A stretch of 64,000 bases of DNA from a virus. Lineage: Duplodnaviria > Heunggongvirae > Uroviricota > Caudoviricetes. A program made the position numbers and the translations under genes. Shown here piece after piece: positions 50,698-62,686 of the stretch (position 1 is the first letter of the stretch; every line of letters starts with the position of its first letter). The stretch lies in the IMG/VR virus record IMGVR_UViG_2562617087_000024; one strand, written 5' to 3'. The notes beneath the pieces were generated by a model that had not been told where the DNA came from, made no database searches, and saw only the letters and a list, made by a program, of their open reading frames with translations.

Positions 50698-53343
50698 ATG
50701 GCAGGTAATTTTGCCGATCTGACAGCCGTGCTGACACTGGATTCTGCCCGTTTTTCTGAAGAGGCAGCGCGGGTAAAAAAAGAGCTGGGTGAAACCAGTG
50801 CGCTTGCTGATTTGATGTCCGGGAAAGTCAGTCAGTCTTTCAGAAAACAGGCTGATGCTGCTGAGCAGAGTCTGAGCCGACAGGCGCTGGCTGCACAAAA
50901 AGCCGGGATATCAGTCGGACAGTATAAGGCTGCCATGCGCACACTGCCCGCACAGTTCACGGATATTGTCACTCAGCTTGCTGGTGGTCAGAATCCCTTC
51001 CTTATCATGCTGCAGCAGGGGGGGCAGATCAGCGATTCATTCGGTGGACCGCTCAGCCTGCTTACCCTGCTGAAGGAGGAACTTCTCGGGATCAGGGATG
51101 CCTCTGAATCATCAGAGGAGTCGCTGTCAGATACGGCAAATGCACTGGCTGAAAATGCCCGGAATGCCGGTGAGCTGGGACGATTTATGTCGGTGGCCCG
51201 TGTGGCGGCAGGTGGCGGGGTTGCCGTACTGGCCGCGCTTGCTGCCGCCGCCTGGCAGGCAGAGCAGGCTGATCGGGCCTTATTGCGTTCACTGATCCTG
51301 ACCGGAGGGGCGGCTGCCACCACAACGGCAGAATTGTGGAAAATGGCCGGGGTGATCAGCGATGAAGCCGGTGGTGGTATCAGACAGGCGGCAGAAAATC
51401 TGGCCCGTCTGGCAGAAAGCGGGAAATATACCGCCGGGCAGCTACGGATCATGGGGGAAACCTCTCAGAGATGGCTGCAGACGGTGGGGGACGATGCCGG
51501 GAAGGTGGAAAAAGCCTTTGAAGGGATTGCAGCAGATCCGGTGAAGGCGCTGGCCTCCCTGAATCAGCAGTATAACTTCCTGAGCGTTTCCCAGTTACGC
51601 CATATTGATGAGCTTGAGCGCACGAAAGGTAAACAGGCTGCGGTGACGGAGGCGATGTCCCTGTTTGCGGATGTCATGAATGCACGTCTGGAGCAACTTG
51701 ATAAAGCGGCCACGCCGGTGGAAAAAATCTGGGACGATGTTAAAACCTGGACTTCTGACGCATGGGCATGGATAGGTGATCATACACTGGGGGCACTCAG
51801 TCTGATCACTGACGTGGTGGCCGGAACCGTTGAACAAGTGAAGCTGCTGCTTGTGCAGGGGGATCTGGCGCTGGCTGAATTTATTCAGTCAGCCTGGGAA
51901 ACGACAAAGAATGTGCCCGGCGTTGGTGCGTTGTTTGGTGAACTGGCAGAAGAGAACCGCGTATTTATTGAGAAAACAAAACGCGATGAACTGGCGCTGA
52001 GAAAATCCATTGCGGAACGGGATGCGCGTATACGCCAGGGGGAAATAGGGTACATCAACCGCTCGCGTGCAACAGGCGTCAGCAAAGGTCCAGGGCAGCA
52101 GGAAGCCGTCAGCCGTCTGGCTGAAGAGCTGACAGGTAAAAAGCATACATCACCGAAAACGCGCTCTGCCGGGGAGAGGGAAGAGGAGCAGGCAAGAGAG
52201 GCTCTGCTTGCCCTTGAAGCTGAGCTCAGGACGCTGGAAAAACACAGCGGTGCGAATGAGAAAATTAGCCGGCAGCGCCGTGATTTATGGAAGGCGGAAA
52301 GTCAGTATGCGGTCCTGAAAGAGGCTGCCACGAAACGGCAGTTATCCTGGCAGGAAAAATCCCTGCTGGCCCATGAGAAAGAGACGCTGGAGTACAAACG
52401 CCAGCTGGCTGACCTGGGCGACAAGGTTGAACACCAGAAACGGCTGAATGAGCTGGCACAGCAGGCTGCGCGGTTTGAGCAGCAGCAGGGCGCGAAGCAG
52501 GCGGCAATCAGTGCCCAGGCGCGGGGCCTCACCGACCGTCAGGCGCAGCGGGAGTCGGAAGAGCAGCGCCTTCGTGACGTGTACGGTGATAATCCGGATG
52601 CGCTGGCGAAGGCCACATCGGCACTGAAGAACACCTGGTCTGCGGAGGAGCAGCTTCGTGGAAGCTGGATGGCCGGTCTGAAGTCCGGCTGGGGCGAGTG
52701 GGCAGAAAGTGCGACGGACAGTTTTTCGCAGGTTAAAAGCGTGGCCACGCAGACCTTTGACGGTATTGCACAGAATATGGCAGCGATGCTGACCGGCAGC
52801 GAACAGAACTGGCGTGGTTTCACCCGTTCTGTGCTCTCCATGCTGACAGAGATTTTTCTGAAGCAGGCGATGGTGGGGATAGTCGGGAGTATCGGCAGCG
52901 CCATTGGCGGTGCTTTCGGTGGTGGTGCATCTGCTTCCTCGGGGACGGCCATTGAGGCTGCGGCGGCGAACTTCCATTTCGCGACCGGAGGATTTACGGG
53001 GACGGGCGGCAAATATGAGCCTGCGGGGATAGTTCACCGCGGGGAGTTTGTTTTCACGAAAGAGGCAACCAGCCGGATAGGTGTGGGGAATCTTTACCGT
53101 CTGATGCGCGGCTATGCGGAAGGTGGTTATGTGGGTGGTGCCGGAAGTCCGGCGCAGATGCGGCGGGCGGAAGGTATTAATTTTAATCAGAACAATCACG
53201 TGGTGATTCAGAACGACGGCACCAACGGACAGGCGGGGCCGCAGCTGATGAAGGCGGTGTATGACATGGCCCGCAAGGGGGCGCAGGATGAGCTCCGGCT
53301 GCAGTTGCGTGATGGCGGTATGTTATCGGGGAGCGGGCGATGA
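50698..53343 (+). CDS. H: tail tape measure protein H
   Basis: about 880 aa; extensive match to recalled lambda gpH (…LSRQALAAQKAGISVGQYKAAMR…HRGEFVFTKEATSRIGVGNLYRLMRGYA…). Confidence 0.9.
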   Translation: MAGNFADLTAVLTLDSARFSEEAARVKKELGETSALADLMSGKVSQSFRKQADAAEQSLSRQALAAQKAGISVGQYKAAMRTLPAQFTDIVTQLAGGQNPFLIMLQQGGQISDSFGGPLSLLTLLKEELLGIRDASESSEESLSDTANALAENARNAGELGRFMSVARVAAGGGVAVLAALAAAAWQAEQADRALLRSLILTGGAAATTTAELWKMAGVISDEAGGGIRQAAENLARLAESGKYTAGQLRIMGETSQRWLQTVGDDAGKVEKAFEGIAADPVKALASLNQQYNFLSVSQLRHIDELERTKGKQAAVTEAMSLFADVMNARLEQLDKAATPVEKIWDDVKTWTSDAWAWIGDHTLGALSLITDVVAGTVEQVKLLLVQGDLALAEFIQSAWETTKNVPGVGALFGELAEENRVFIEKTKRDELALRKSIAERDARIRQGEIGYINRSRATGVSKGPGQQEAVSRLAEELTGKKHTSPKTRSAGEREEEQAREALLALEAELRTLEKHSGANEKISRQRRDLWKAESQYAVLKEAATKRQLSWQEKSLLAHEKETLEYKRQLADLGDKVEHQKRLNELAQQAARFEQQQGAKQAAISAQARGLTDRQAQRESEEQRLRDVYGDNPDALAKATSALKNTWSAEEQLRGSWMAGLKSGWGEWAESATDSFSQVKSVATQTFDGIAQNMAAMLTGSEQNWRGFTRSVLSMLTEIFLKQAMVGIVGSIGSAIGGAFGGGASASSGTAIEAAAANFHFATGGFTGTGGKYEPAGIVHRGEFVFTKEATSRIGVGNLYRLMRGYAEGGYVGGAGSPAQMRRAEGINFNQNNHVVIQNDGTNGQAGPQLMKAVYDMARKGAQDELRLQLRDGGMLSGSGR

Positions 53344-53669
53344 AAACCTTTCGCTGGAAAGTGAAGCCGGATATGGAGGTGAACTCGCAGCCGTCGGTGC
53401 GTGAAGTGCGTTTTGGTGACGGGTACTCACAGCGTATGGCGGCAGGGCTGAATGCTGACCTGAAAACATACCGTGTGACGCTTTCCGTGACCCGGGAGGA
53501 GGCCCGGCATCTGGAAGCGTTCCTGGCAGAGCACGGAGGCTGGAAGGCATTTTTGTGGAAGCCACCCTATGCATACCGGCAGATAAAGGTGACCTGTGCC
53601 GGGTGGTCTGCGCGGGTCGGGATGTTGCGCGTTGAGTTCAGCGCGGAGTTTAAGCAGGTGGTGAACTGA
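53340..53669 (+). CDS. M: minor tail protein M
   Basis: 109 aa MKTFRWKVKPDMEV…EFSAEFKQVVN matches recalled lambda gpM. Confidence 0.9.
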   Translation: MKTFRWKVKPDMEVNSQPSVREVRFGDGYSQRMAAGLNADLKTYRVTLSVTREEARHLEAFLAEHGGWKAFLWKPPYAYRQIKVTCAGWSARVGMLRVEFSAEFKQVVN

Positions 53670-54367
53670 TGCAGGATATTCACGAAGAAAGTCTGAACGA
53701 GTCGGTTAAATCAGAGCAGTCACCGCGGGTGGTACTCTGGGAAATCGACCTGACGGCGCAGGGCGGTGAGCGGTATTTTTTCTGCAATGAGCTGAATGAA
53801 AAAGGGGTGCCGGTGACCTGGCAGGGGCGTGAATATCAGGCGTACCCGATTGAGGGCAGCGGCTTTGAGATGAACGGAAAGGGCAGCAGTGCCCGCCCGT
53901 CGCTGACGGTGTCCAATCTGTTCGGTCTTGTCACCGGGATGGCGGAGGATTTGCAGAGCCTGGTGGGTGCCACGGTGGTCCGCCGCCGGGTGTATGCGCG
54001 TTTTCTGGATGCGGTGAACTTTGTGGCAGGCAATCCGGAGGCCGACCCGGAGCAGGAGCTGACTGACCGGTGGGTGGTGGAGCAGATGTCAGAGCTGACG
54101 GCCATGACGGCCTCGTTTGTGCTGGCAACACCGACGGAGACGGACGGGGCGCTGTTTCCTGGTCGCATCATGCTGGCGAACACCTGTATGTGGGATTACC
54201 GGGGAGATGAATGCGGGTATAACGGTCCTGCGGTGGCGGATGAGTTCGACAACCCCACCACGGATATCCGTAAGGACAGATGCAGCAAGTGCATGCGCGG
54301 GTGTGAGATGCGCGGCATGGTGGCTAATTTTGGCGGTTTCCTTTCCATCAATAAACTTTCGCAGTAA
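53669..54367 (+). CDS. L: minor tail protein L
   Basis: 232 aa, position and size as lambda gpL. Confidence 0.85.
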   Translation: MQDIHEESLNESVKSEQSPRVVLWEIDLTAQGGERYFFCNELNEKGVPVTWQGREYQAYPIEGSGFEMNGKGSSARPSLTVSNLFGLVTGMAEDLQSLVGATVVRRRVYARFLDAVNFVAGNPEADPEQELTDRWVVEQMSELTAMTASFVLATPTETDGALFPGRIMLANTCMWDYRGDECGYNGPAVADEFDNPTTDIRKDRCSKCMRGCEMRGMVANFGGFLSINKLSQ

Positions 54368-54377
54368 ATCCTGTTTT

Positions 54378-55121
54378 ATGACACAGACTGAATCAGCGAT
54401 TCTGGTGCATGCCCGGCGGTGTGCGCCTGCGGAGTCGTGCGGCTTCGTGATAGGCACCCCGGAGGGCGAACGGTACCAGCCCTGCGTGAATATCTCCGCA
54501 GAGCCGGAGGCGTATTTTCGTATTGCGCCGGAAGACTGGCTGCAGGCAGAGATGCAGGGGGAGATTGTGGCGCTGGTTCACAGCCACCCTGGTGGTCTGC
54601 CCTGGCTGAGCGAGGCCGACCGGCGGCTGCAGATAAAGAGTGCCCTGCCCTGGTGGCTGGTCTGCCGGGGGGAAATTCACAAATTCCGCTGTGTGCCGCA
54701 CCTGACCGGGCGTCGTTTTGAGCACGGGGTGACGGACTGTTACACCCTGTTCCGGGATGCATACCATCTGGCGGGGATAACGCTGCCGGATTTTGTGCGT
54801 GAGGATGACTGGTGGCGCAACGGTCAGAACCTTTACCTGGACAATATGGCGGCGACTGGTTTTTACCGGGTGCCCCTGTCCTCTGCACAGGCGGGCGATA
54901 TCCTGCTGTGCTGCTTTGGCGCATCGGTGGCCAATCATGCCGCCATATACTGCGGCAACGGTGAACTGCTTCACCATCTGCCTGAACAACTGAGTAAACG
55001 GGAGAGGTATTCTGAAAAATGGCAACGACGAACGCATTCTGTCTGGCGTCACCGCCACTGGCACGCATCTGCCTTCACGGGGATTTGCAACGATTTGGCC
55101 GCCGCCTCAGCCTGTACGTGA
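54378..55121 (+). CDS. K: tail assembly protein K
   Basis: MTQTESAILVHARRCAPAESCGF…HSHPGG… matches recalled lambda gpK; ATG 54378. Confidence 0.9.
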   Translation: MTQTESAILVHARRCAPAESCGFVIGTPEGERYQPCVNISAEPEAYFRIAPEDWLQAEMQGEIVALVHSHPGGLPWLSEADRRLQIKSALPWWLVCRGEIHKFRCVPHLTGRRFEHGVTDCYTLFRDAYHLAGITLPDFVREDDWWRNGQNLYLDNMAATGFYRVPLSSAQAGDILLCCFGASVANHAAIYCGNGELLHHLPEQLSKRERYSEKWQRRTHSVWRHRHWHASAFTGICNDLAAASACT

Positions 55122-55696
55122 ACACGGCAGCGGAAGCCATCCGTGCCCTGTCGCTGCAGATGCCGAGATTCCGCCGTCAGATGAACGAAGGCTGGTACCA
55201 GATACGTATTCGCGGTGAGGACACGGCACCGGAGGCGGTGTACGCCCGTCTTCACGAACAGCTGGGTGAGGGAACGGTCATCCACATTGTGCCGCGACTG
55301 GCCGGGGCCGGAAAGGGTGGACTGCAGATTGTGCTGGGGGCGGCAGCCATCGTGGGCTCTTTCTTCACTGCCGGGGCATCAATGGCGTTATGGGGTTCAG
55401 CCCTGGCAGCCGGTGGTTTTTCTGCCACCACGATGCTGTTTTCACTTGGAGCCAGCATGATTCTGGGCGGTGTGGCCCAGATGCTGGCCCCGAAGGCAAA
55501 AACACCGGATTACCGCGCAACGGATAACGGCAGACAGAACACGTACTTTTCCTCGCTGGATAACATGATTGCTCAGGGGAACCCGATGCCGGTGCCTTAC
55601 GGTGAAATGCTGGTTGGCTCCCGGCGAATCTCCCAGGACATCAGTACCCGTGATGAGGGCGGAGACGGGAAAGTGGTGGTTATCGGGCGGGGATGA
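55019..55696 (+). CDS. I: tail assembly protein I
   Basis: 225 aa; …ARICLHGDLQRFGRR…IHIVPR…GGVAQMLAPKA…QNTYFSSLDNM… matches recalled lambda gpI. Confidence 0.9.
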   Translation: MATTNAFCLASPPLARICLHGDLQRFGRRLSLYVNTAAEAIRALSLQMPRFRRQMNEGWYQIRIRGEDTAPEAVYARLHEQLGEGTVIHIVPRLAGAGKGGLQIVLGAAAIVGSFFTAGASMALWGSALAAGGFSATTMLFSLGASMILGGVAQMLAPKAKTPDYRATDNGRQNTYFSSLDNMIAQGNPMPVPYGEMLVGSRRISQDISTRDEGGDGKVVVIGRG

Positions 55697-55936
55697 AAAT
55701 AAAAAAATCCCGCAGAGTTAGCGGAGCTGCGGGAGAGAACGATGAAGATTAACGTTATGGAGTTATTTTTCAGGCATCAAAAAAGTAACGCAGCGTCATT
55801 ATTGCGGCTACAGGCAATTGCCGGAAATGTGAAGAGTTTCAGAAATTTTATTCCGTCATGACACAGGCACCCTCCGGGGTGCCTGTTGTTTTCTGGCATA
55901 AACAGATTCAGACATCAGACAGGAGAGGGGGACAGA

Positions 55937-58900
55937 GTGGGTAAAGGGGGCGGCAAGGGGCACACGCCGGTAGAGGCAAAGGACAATCTTAAGTCCACGC
56001 AGATGATGAGCGTGATTGACGCCATTGGTGAAGGGCCGATTGAAGGTCCGGTGAAGGGGCTGCAGAGTATCCTGGTGAACAAAACCCCGCTGACGGACAC
56101 GGACGGTAATCCTGTGATACATGGTGTGACAGCGGTCTGGCGCGCCGGGGAGCAGGAGCAGACACCACCTGAAGGCTTTGAGTCCTCCGGGGCGGAAACC
56201 GCACTGGGCGTGGAAGTGACGAAAGCAAAGCCGGTGACGCGCACCATTACGTCCGCGAACATTGACCGCCTGCGGGTCACCTTCGGGGTGCAGTCACTGT
56301 TGGAGACCACCTCAAAGGGCGACCGTAATCCCTCTTCTGTCCGACTGCTGATTCAGTTGCAGCGTAACGGTAACTGGGTGACGGAAAAGGATGTCACCAT
56401 TAACGGCAAGACCACCTCACAGTACCTGGCGTCGGTGATTCTGGAGAATCTGCCTGAGCGGCCCTTTAACATCCGGATGGTCCGGGAGACGGCGGACAGC
56501 ACCACGGACCAGCTGCAGAATAAGACGCTCTGGTCGTCATACACCGAAATCATCGATGTGAAACAGTGCTACCCGAACACGGCGATTGTGGGGCTGCAGG
56601 TGGATGCGGAGCAGTTTGGCGGTCAGCAGATGACGGTGAACTACCATATCCGCGGTCGCATCATCCAGGTACCGTCAAACTATGACCCGGAAAAACGCAC
56701 GTACAGCGGCATCTGGGACGGCAGCCTGAAACCGGCATACAGCAACAACCCGGCCTGGTGCCTGTGGGACATGCTGACTCACCCGCGCTACGGCATGGGA
56801 AAACGTCTGGTGGCGGCGGATGTTGACAAGTGGGCGCTGTATGCCATCGGGCAGTACTGCGACCAGACGGTCCCGGATGGTTTCGGGGGCACAGAGCCGC
56901 GGATGACCTTTAATGCGTACCTGTCACAACAGCGTAAGGCGTGGGACGTTCTCAGTGATTTCTGCTCGGCGATGCGCTGTATGCCGGTATGGAACGGCCA
57001 GACGCTGACGTTCGTTCAGGACCGTCCGTCGGATGTGGTGTGGCCGTACACCAGCAGCGATGTGGTGGTGGATGATAACGGCGTGGGGTTTCGCTACAGC
57101 TTCAGCGCCCTGAAGGACCGCCACACGGCGGTGGAGGTGAATTACACCGACCCGCAGAACGGCTGGCAGACCTCCACGGAACTGGTGGAAGACCCGGAAG
57201 CCATACTGCGCTACGGGCGCAACCTGCTGAAGATGGATGCGTTCGGTTGCACCAGTCGCGGTCAGGCCCACCGTGCCGGGCTGTGGGTGATAAAGACCGG
57301 ACTGCTGGAAACGCAGACGGTGGATTTCACGCTCGGGTCACAGGGGCTGCGTCACACACCCGGTGACATTATTGAAATCTGTGATAACGACTATGCCGGG
57401 ACCATGACCGGCGGACGTATCCTGTCCATCGATGCCGCCAGCCGCACCCTGACACTGGACCGTGAGGTGACCCTGCCGGAGACAGGTGCCGCCACGGTGA
57501 ACCTGATTAACGGCAGCGGTAAGCCGGTGAGCGTGGCCATCACTGCACACCCCGCGCCGGACCGGATACAGGTCAGCACCCTGCCTGATGGTGTGGAGAC
57601 ATACGGTGTATGGGGACTCTCCCTGCCGTCACTGCGTCGTCGCCTGTTCCGCTGTGTCTCCATCCGGGAAAACACGGACGGCACCTTTGCCATCACGGCG
57701 GTGCAGCACGTACCGGAAAAGGAAGCCATCGTGGATAACGGGGCCAGCTTTGAGCCGCAGTCAGGCACCCTGAACAGCGTCATCCCTCCGGCAGTGCAGC
57801 ACCTGACGGTGGAGGTGAGCGCAGCTGACGGTCAGTATCTGGCGCAGGCGAAATGGGACACGCCGAAGGTGGTGAAGGGCGTGAGCTTTATGCTTCGCCT
57901 GACCGTGGTCGCGGATGACGGCAGTGAGCGGCTGGTCAGCACGGCCCGGACGACGGAAACCACATACCGCTTCACGCAACTGGCGCCGGGGAACTACAGG
58001 CTGACAGTCCGGGCGGTAAATGCGTGGGGGCAGCAGGGCGATCCGGCGTCGGTATCGTTCCGGATTGCCGCACCGGCAGCGCCGTCACAGATTGAGCTGA
58101 CACCGGGCTATTTTCAGATAACAGCGGTCCCGCGTCTTGCGGTGTATGACCCGACGGTACAGTTTGAGTTCTGGTTTTCGGAAACGCGGATTACCGATAT
58201 CAGGCAGGTTGAAACCACAGCCCGCTACCTTGGCACGGGGCTGTACTGGATAGCCGCCAGTATCAATATCAAACCGGGCCATGATTATTACTTTTATATC
58301 CGCAGTGTGAACACCGTTGGCAAATCGGCATTTGTGGAGGCTGTTGGCCAGCCGAGTGATGATGCATCCGGCTATCTGGATTTTTTCAAAGGAGAGATAG
58401 GGAAAACCCATCTGGCTCAGGAGTTGTGGACTCAGATTGATAACGGTCAGCTTGCGCCTGACCTGGCGGAAATCAGAACGTCCATCACGGATGTCAGTAA
58501 TGAAATCACGCAGACCGTCAATAAGAAACTGGAAGACCAGAGTGCAGCGATCCAGCAGATACAGAAGGTTCAGGTTGATACAAATAATAATCTGAACAGC
58601 ATGTGGGCTGTGAAGCTGCAACAGATGAAGGACGGACGCCTTTATATTGCGGGTATCGGTGCCGGTATTGAGAATACGCCAGCAGGAATGCAGAGTCAGG
58701 TGCTGCTGGCGGCAGACAGGATTGCGATGATTAATCCTGCGAATGGCAACACAAAGCCGATGTTTGTTGGTCAGGGCGATCAGATATTCATGAACGACGT
58801 GTTCCTGAAACGCCTGACGGCTCCCACCATTACCAGCGGCGGTAATCCTCCGGCATTTTCCCTGACACCGGACGGAAAGCTGACCGCTAAAAATGCAGAT

Positions 58901-59413
58901 ATCAGTGGCAGTGTGAATGCGAACGCCGGGACGCTCAACAATGTCACAATTAATGAGAACTGTCAGATTAAGGGGAAACTGTCAGCCAACCAGATTGAAG
59001 GCGATATAGTCAAAACAGTGGGTAAGGCTTTTCCGCGGGACTCCCGGGCACCGGAGCGGTGGCCATCAGGGACCATTACCGTCAGGGTTTATGACGATCA
59101 GCCGTTTGACCGGCAGATTGTTATTCCGGCGGTGGCATTCAGTGGCGCTAAGCATGAGAGAGAGCATACTGATATTTACTCCTCATGCCGTCTGATAGTG
59201 CGGAAAAACGGTGCTGAAATTTATAACCGTACCGCGCTGGATAATACGCTGATTTACAGTGGCGTTATTGATATGCCTGCCGGTCACGGTCACATGACGC
59301 TGGAGTTTTCGGTATCAGCATGGCTGGTGAATAACTGGTATCCCACAGCAAGTATCAGCGATTTGCTGGTTGTGGTGATGAAGAAAGCCACCGCAGGCAT
59401 CAGTATCAGCTGA
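55937..59413 (+). CDS. J: host specificity protein J (central tail fibre)
   Basis: GTG start with aggagag [25 protein letters not shown]… and long collinear match to recalled lambda gpJ. Confidence 0.9.
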   Translation: MGKGGGKGHTPVEAKDNLKSTQMMSVIDAIGEGPIEGPVKGLQSILVNKTPLTDTDGNPVIHGVTAVWRAGEQEQTPPEGFESSGAETALGVEVTKAKPVTRTITSANIDRLRVTFGVQSLLETTSKGDRNPSSVRLLIQLQRNGNWVTEKDVTINGKTTSQYLASVILENLPERPFNIRMVRETADSTTDQLQNKTLWSSYTEIIDVKQCYPNTAIVGLQVDAEQFGGQQMTVNYHIRGRIIQVPSNYDPEKRTYSGIWDGSLKPAYSNNPAWCLWDMLTHPRYGMGKRLVAADVDKWALYAIGQYCDQTVPDGFGGTEPRMTFNAYLSQQRKAWDVLSDFCSAMRCMPVWNGQTLTFVQDRPSDVVWPYTSSDVVVDDNGVGFRYSFSALKDRHTAVEVNYTDPQNGWQTSTELVEDPEAILRYGRNLLKMDAFGCTSRGQAHRAGLWVIKTGLLETQTVDFTLGSQGLRHTPGDIIEICDNDYAGTMTGGRILSIDAASRTLTLDREVTLPETGAATVNLINGSGKPVSVAITAHPAPDRIQVSTLPDGVETYGVWGLSLPSLRRRLFRCVSIRENTDGTFAITAVQHVPEKEAIVDNGASFEPQSGTLNSVIPPAVQHLTVEVSAADGQYLAQAKWDTPKVVKGVSFMLRLTVVADDGSERLVSTARTTETTYRFTQLAPGNYRLTVRAVNAWGQQGDPASVSFRIAAPAAPSQIELTPGYFQITAVPRLAVYDPTVQFEFWFSETRITDIRQVETTARYLGTGLYWIAASINIKPGHDYYFYIRSVNTVGKSAFVEAVGQPSDDASGYLDFFKGEIGKTHLAQELWTQIDNGQLAPDLAEIRTSITDVSNEITQTVNKKLEDQSAAIQQIQKVQVDTNNNLNSMWAVKLQQMKDGRLYIAGIGAGIENTPAGMQSQVLLAADRIAMINPANGNTKPMFVGQGDQIFMNDVFLKRLTAPTITSGGNPPAFSLTPDGKLTAKNADISGSVNANAGTLNNVTINENCQIKGKLSANQIEGDIVKTVGKAFPRDSRAPERWPSGTITVRVYDDQPFDRQIVIPAVAFSGAKHEREHTDIYSSCRLIVRKNGAEIYNRTALDNTLIYSGVIDMPAGHGHMTLEFSVSAWLVNNWYPTASISDLLVVVMKKATAGISIS

Positions 59414-59432
59414 ATTTTATAACCCATATACG

Positions 59433-59457
59433 GGCGCCAGAAATGGCGCCTTTTTTA
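59433..59457 (+). terminator. intrinsic terminator after J
   Basis: ggcgcc-aaat-ggcgcc hairpin + T-run, same as 1458-1482. Confidence 0.6.
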
Positions 59458-59480
59458 TTGCAGAAAAGCGAGAGGTAATT

Positions 59481-60080
59481 ATGCGTAAACTTTATGCCGC
59501 CATTTTGTCCGCAGCCATTTGTCTGGCCGTATCCGGTGCGCCTGCATGGGCGTCTGAACATCAGTCCACGCTGAGCGCGGGGTATCTTCATGTCTCGACG
59601 AACGTTCCTGGCAGCGATGAACTGAACGGGATTAACGTGAAATACCGTTATGAGTTTACGGACACTCTGGGAATGGTGACGTCATTCAGCTATGCAGGAG
59701 ACAAGAATCGCCAGCTGACCCGTTACAGCGATACCCGCTGGCATGAAGATTCCGTGCGTAACCGCTGGTTCAGCGTGATGGCGGGGCCGTCTGTGCGCGT
59801 GAATGAATTGTTCAGCGCGTATGCGATGGCGGGTGTGTCTTACAGCCGTGTGTCGACTTTCTCCGGAGATTATCTGCAGGTGACCGACAACAAGGGGAAA
59901 ACGCATGATGTGCTGACCGGAAGTGATGACGGTCGCCACAGCAACACGTCTCTGGCGTGGGGAGCTGGCGTGCAGTTTAACCCGACCGAATCCGTGGCCA
60001 TTGATATTGCTTATGAAGGCTCCGGCAGTGGCGACTGGCGCACTGACGGTTTCATCGTGGGTGTCGGTTATAAGTTCTGA
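59481..60080 (+). CDS. lom: Lom/Ail-family outer membrane protein
   Basis: 199 aa paralog of 1506-2105 (…YEGSGSGDWRTDGFIVGVGYKF). Confidence 0.9.
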   Translation: MRKLYAAILSAAICLAVSGAPAWASEHQSTLSAGYLHVSTNVPGSDELNGINVKYRYEFTDTLGMVTSFSYAGDKNRQLTRYSDTRWHEDSVRNRWFSVMAGPSVRVNELFSAYAMAGVSYSRVSTFSGDYLQVTDNKGKTHDVLTGSDDGRHSNTSLAWGAGVQFNPTESVAIDIAYEGSGSGDWRTDGFIVGVGYKF

Positions 60081-60106
60081 TTAGCCAGGTAACACAGTGT
60101 TATGAC

Positions 60107-60134
60107 AGCCCGCCGGTTCAGGCGGGCTTTTTTG
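60107..60134 (+). terminator. intrinsic terminator after lom
   Basis: agcccgcc-ggttca-ggcgggct hairpin + T-run. Confidence 0.6.
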
Positions 60135-60144
60135 TGGGGTGAAT

Positions 60145-61458
60145 ATGGCAGTAAAGATTTCAGGTGTACTGAAAGACGGCACAGGAAAACCGGTAGAGAA
60201 CTGCACCATTCAACTGAAAGCCAGACGGACCAGCAGCACGGTGGTGGTGAACACGGTGGCCTCTGAAAATCCGGATGAAGCCGGTCGTTACAGCATGGAC
60301 GTTGAGTACGGTCAGTACAGCGTCATTCTGTTGGTGGAAGGATTCCCGCCGTCACATGCCGGGACCATCACCGTGTATGAAGATTCTCAACCGGGGACGC
60401 TGAATGATTTTCTCGGTGCCATGTCGGAGGATGACGTCCGGCCGGAGGCACTGCGTCGCTTTGAACTGATGGTGGAAGAGGTGGCGCGTCACGCTGAGGA
60501 GGCGAAGAAGAATGCCGGAGAGGCGGAGACGTCAGCGAGGAATGCCGGCATATCAGCCAGTCAGGCAGAAGAGAGCGCTGCAAATGCTGACACTTCAGCA
60601 GGGGAGGCATCGGAGTCAGCCCGGCAGGCGGCAGAAAGTGCAGCCTCAGCAAAGCAGTCAGAGGATGCGTCCTCGTCCTCGGCTTCTGCGGCCGCTCAAA
60701 AAGCCAGTGAGTCATCACAAAGTGCAGCAGAAGCTGAATTGTCAAGAAAGACGGCAGAAAGTGCAGCCGGTAATGCAGCCAGGGATGCAACGACCGCAAC
60801 AGAAAAAGCCCGGGAGTCAGCAGAAAGCGCACAGTCAGCGGAACAAAGCAGGATAGCGGCGGAAGAAGCCGTAAACAGAATCCCCACCGTGGTGGGACCT
60901 CCCGGGCCAAAGGGGGAACAGGGGCCCGCGGGTCCTCAGGGGCCGAAGGGTGATAAGGGAGAGCGCGGTGACACCGGCCCTGTCGGGGCAACCGGCGAAC
61001 GGGGACCGGCAGGTGATGCTGGTCCGGCAGGCCCGCAGGGGCCGAAAGGTGACAGGGGAGAGCGGGGAGAGACCGGTCTGACGGGAAATGCAGGTCCACA
61101 GGGTCCAAAGGGAGATACCGGTGCGGCAGGCCCGGCAGGCCCACAGGGACCGAAAGGAGAAACAGGTGCGGCTGGCCCGGTGGGGGCAACCGGACCTCAG
61201 GGGCCGAAGGGCGACCCGGGGGAGACACAAATCCGTTTTCGTCTGGGGCCGGGAAACATTATTGAGACAAACAGCCATGGCTGGTTCCCGGATACAGATG
61301 GCGCACTCATCACCGGACTGACCTTTCTTGACCCCAAAGATGCCACACGGGTTCAGGGTTTTTTTCAGCATTTGCAGGTCAGGTTTGGTGACGGGCCGTG
61401 GCAGGATGTCAAGGGGCTGGATGAAGTGGGCAGTGATACAGGCAGAACAGGAGAATGA
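60145..61458 (+). CDS. side tail fibre protein with collagen-like repeats (second copy)
   Basis: Paralog of 2257-3561 with one extra Gly-X-Y triplet (…[11 protein letters not shown]…). Confidence 0.85.
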   Translation: MAVKISGVLKDGTGKPVENCTIQLKARRTSSTVVVNTVASENPDEAGRYSMDVEYGQYSVILLVEGFPPSHAGTITVYEDSQPGTLNDFLGAMSEDDVRPEALRRFELMVEEVARHAEEAKKNAGEAETSARNAGISASQAEESAANADTSAGEASESARQAAESAASAKQSEDASSSSASAAAQKASESSQSAAEAELSRKTAESAAGNAARDATTATEKARESAESAQSAEQSRIAAEEAVNRIPTVVGPPGPKGEQGPAGPQGPKGDKGERGDTGPVGATGERGPAGDAGPAGPQGPKGDRGERGETGLTGNAGPQGPKGDTGAAGPAGPQGPKGETGAAGPVGATGPQGPKGDPGETQIRFRLGPGNIIETNSHGWFPDTDGALITGLTFLDPKDATRVQGFFQHLQVRFGDGPWQDVKGLDEVGSDTGRTGE

Positions 61459-61459
61459 C

Positions 61460-61729
61460 ATGAATATACTAAAAAAACTTATGCAGCGTCTGTGCGGTTG
61501 CGGAAAGCATGATGACCGTGAAAACGGGGAGTTACTTACAGCACAGCTGCGACTGGGACCGGCAGACATTCTGGAGTCCGATGAGAATGGTATTATTCCG
61601 GAGCAGGCCAGGGTAATCACGCAGGTGGTGATACTGGATGCGGATAAAAAGCAGATACAGTGCGTGGTAAGACCGCTGCAAATCCTGCGTGCTGACGGGA
61701 CGTGGGAAAATATTGGCGGGATGAAATAG
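61460..61729 (+). CDS. conserved small protein downstream of tail fibre (second copy)
   Basis: 89 aa paralog of 3563-3832. Confidence 0.6.
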   Translation: MNILKKLMQRLCGCGKHDDRENGELLTAQLRLGPADILESDENGIIPEQARVITQVVILDADKKQIQCVVRPLQILRADGTWENIGGMK

Positions 61730-61780
61730 CCGACAGCTTCACAAAAACCGGAGTCCGGCTCCGGTTTTTGTTGTCATGTC
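61668..61780 (+). repeat. tail-module terminal repeat, copy 3
   Basis: Matches 3768-3880 and 7838-7960. Confidence 0.75.
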
Positions 61781-61988
61781 CGGTGGATGTTTGTTAGGAA
61801 TGTTCAGACAGGTTTATTTTGAATTTACACAGAATCCTAAACAGGTTCGAGAATTAAGAAAGAGGTTGTATGTTTAGCATAAGAACCCTACTACCTATTA
61901 GCGCCAGCGTATCAGTTCCGACAAAACAATCTCGGTAATGCTGCCAACTTACTGATTTAGTGTATGATGGTGATTTTAAGGTGCTTGC

Positions 61989-62264
61989 GTGGCTTCCATT
62001 TCCATCAGATGTCCTTCCTGCTCCGCTACTGAAGGCGTGGTGCGTAACGGCAAAAGCACTGCCGGACATCAGCGCTATCTCTGCTCTCCTTGCCGTAAAA
62101 CATGGCAACTACAGTTCACTTACACCGCCTCTCAGCCCGGTACGCACCAGAAAATCATTGATATGGCCATGAATGGCGTCGGATGTCGCGCCAGTGCACG
62201 CATTATGGGCGTTGGCCTCAACACGGTTTTACGTCACTTAAAAAACTCAGGCCGCAGTCGGTAA
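61989..62264 (+). CDS. insA: IS1 InsA
   Basis: 91 aa [32 protein letters not shown]… zinc-finger/HTH protein. Confidence 0.9.
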   Translation: MASISIRCPSCSATEGVVRNGKSTAGHQRYLCSPCRKTWQLQFTYTASQPGTHQKIIDMAMNGVGCRASARIMGVGLNTVLRHLKNSGRSR

Positions 62265-62686
62265 CCTCGCGCATACAACCGGGCAGTGATGTGATTGTCT
62301 GCGCTGAAATGGACGAACAGTGGGGCTACGTCGGTGCTAAATCACGTCAGCGCTGGCTGTTTTACGCGTATGACAGGATACGGAGGACGGTTGTGGCGCA
62401 CGTCCTCGGTGAACGCACTCTGGCCACACTGGAGCGTCTTCTGAGCCTGCTGTCGGCCTTTGAGGTCGTGGTATGGATGACGGATGGCTGGCCGCTGTAT
62501 GAATCACGCCTGAAGGGAAAGCTGCACGTTATCAGCAAGCGTTACACTCAGCGCATTGAGCGACATAATCTGAATCTGAGACAACACCTGGCAAGGCCGG
62601 GACGGAAGTCACTGTCGTTCTCAAAATCGGTGGAGCTGCATGACAAGGACATCGGGCATTATCTGAACATAAAACACTATCAGTAA
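62183..62686 (+). CDS. insB: IS1 InsB (transposase C-terminal part, expressed as InsAB by -1 frameshift)
   Basis: 167 aa …[21 protein letters not shown]…. Confidence 0.85.
   Translation: MSRQCTHYGRWPQHGFTSLKKLRPQSVTSRIQPGSDVIVCAEMDEQWGYVGAKSRQRWLFYAYDRIRRTVVAHVLGERTLATLERLLSLLSAFEVVVWMTDGWPLYESRLKGKLHVISKRYTQRIERHNLNLRQHLARPGRKSLSFSKSVELHDKDIGHYLNIKHYQ

Noticed and set aside
50988-53199. Antisense ORFs within the tape measure gene (50988-51452 -, 52342-53199 -, 52539-53012 -)
   Set aside because: Embedded opposite the strongly supported gpH reading frame; alanine/arginine-rich spurious frames in GC-rich DNA
54117-54377. N-terminal extension of the gpK ORF starting at 54117
   Set aside because: Extension overlaps the gpL 3' end and has no RBS; ATG 54378 (MTQTESAIL) matches the lambda K start
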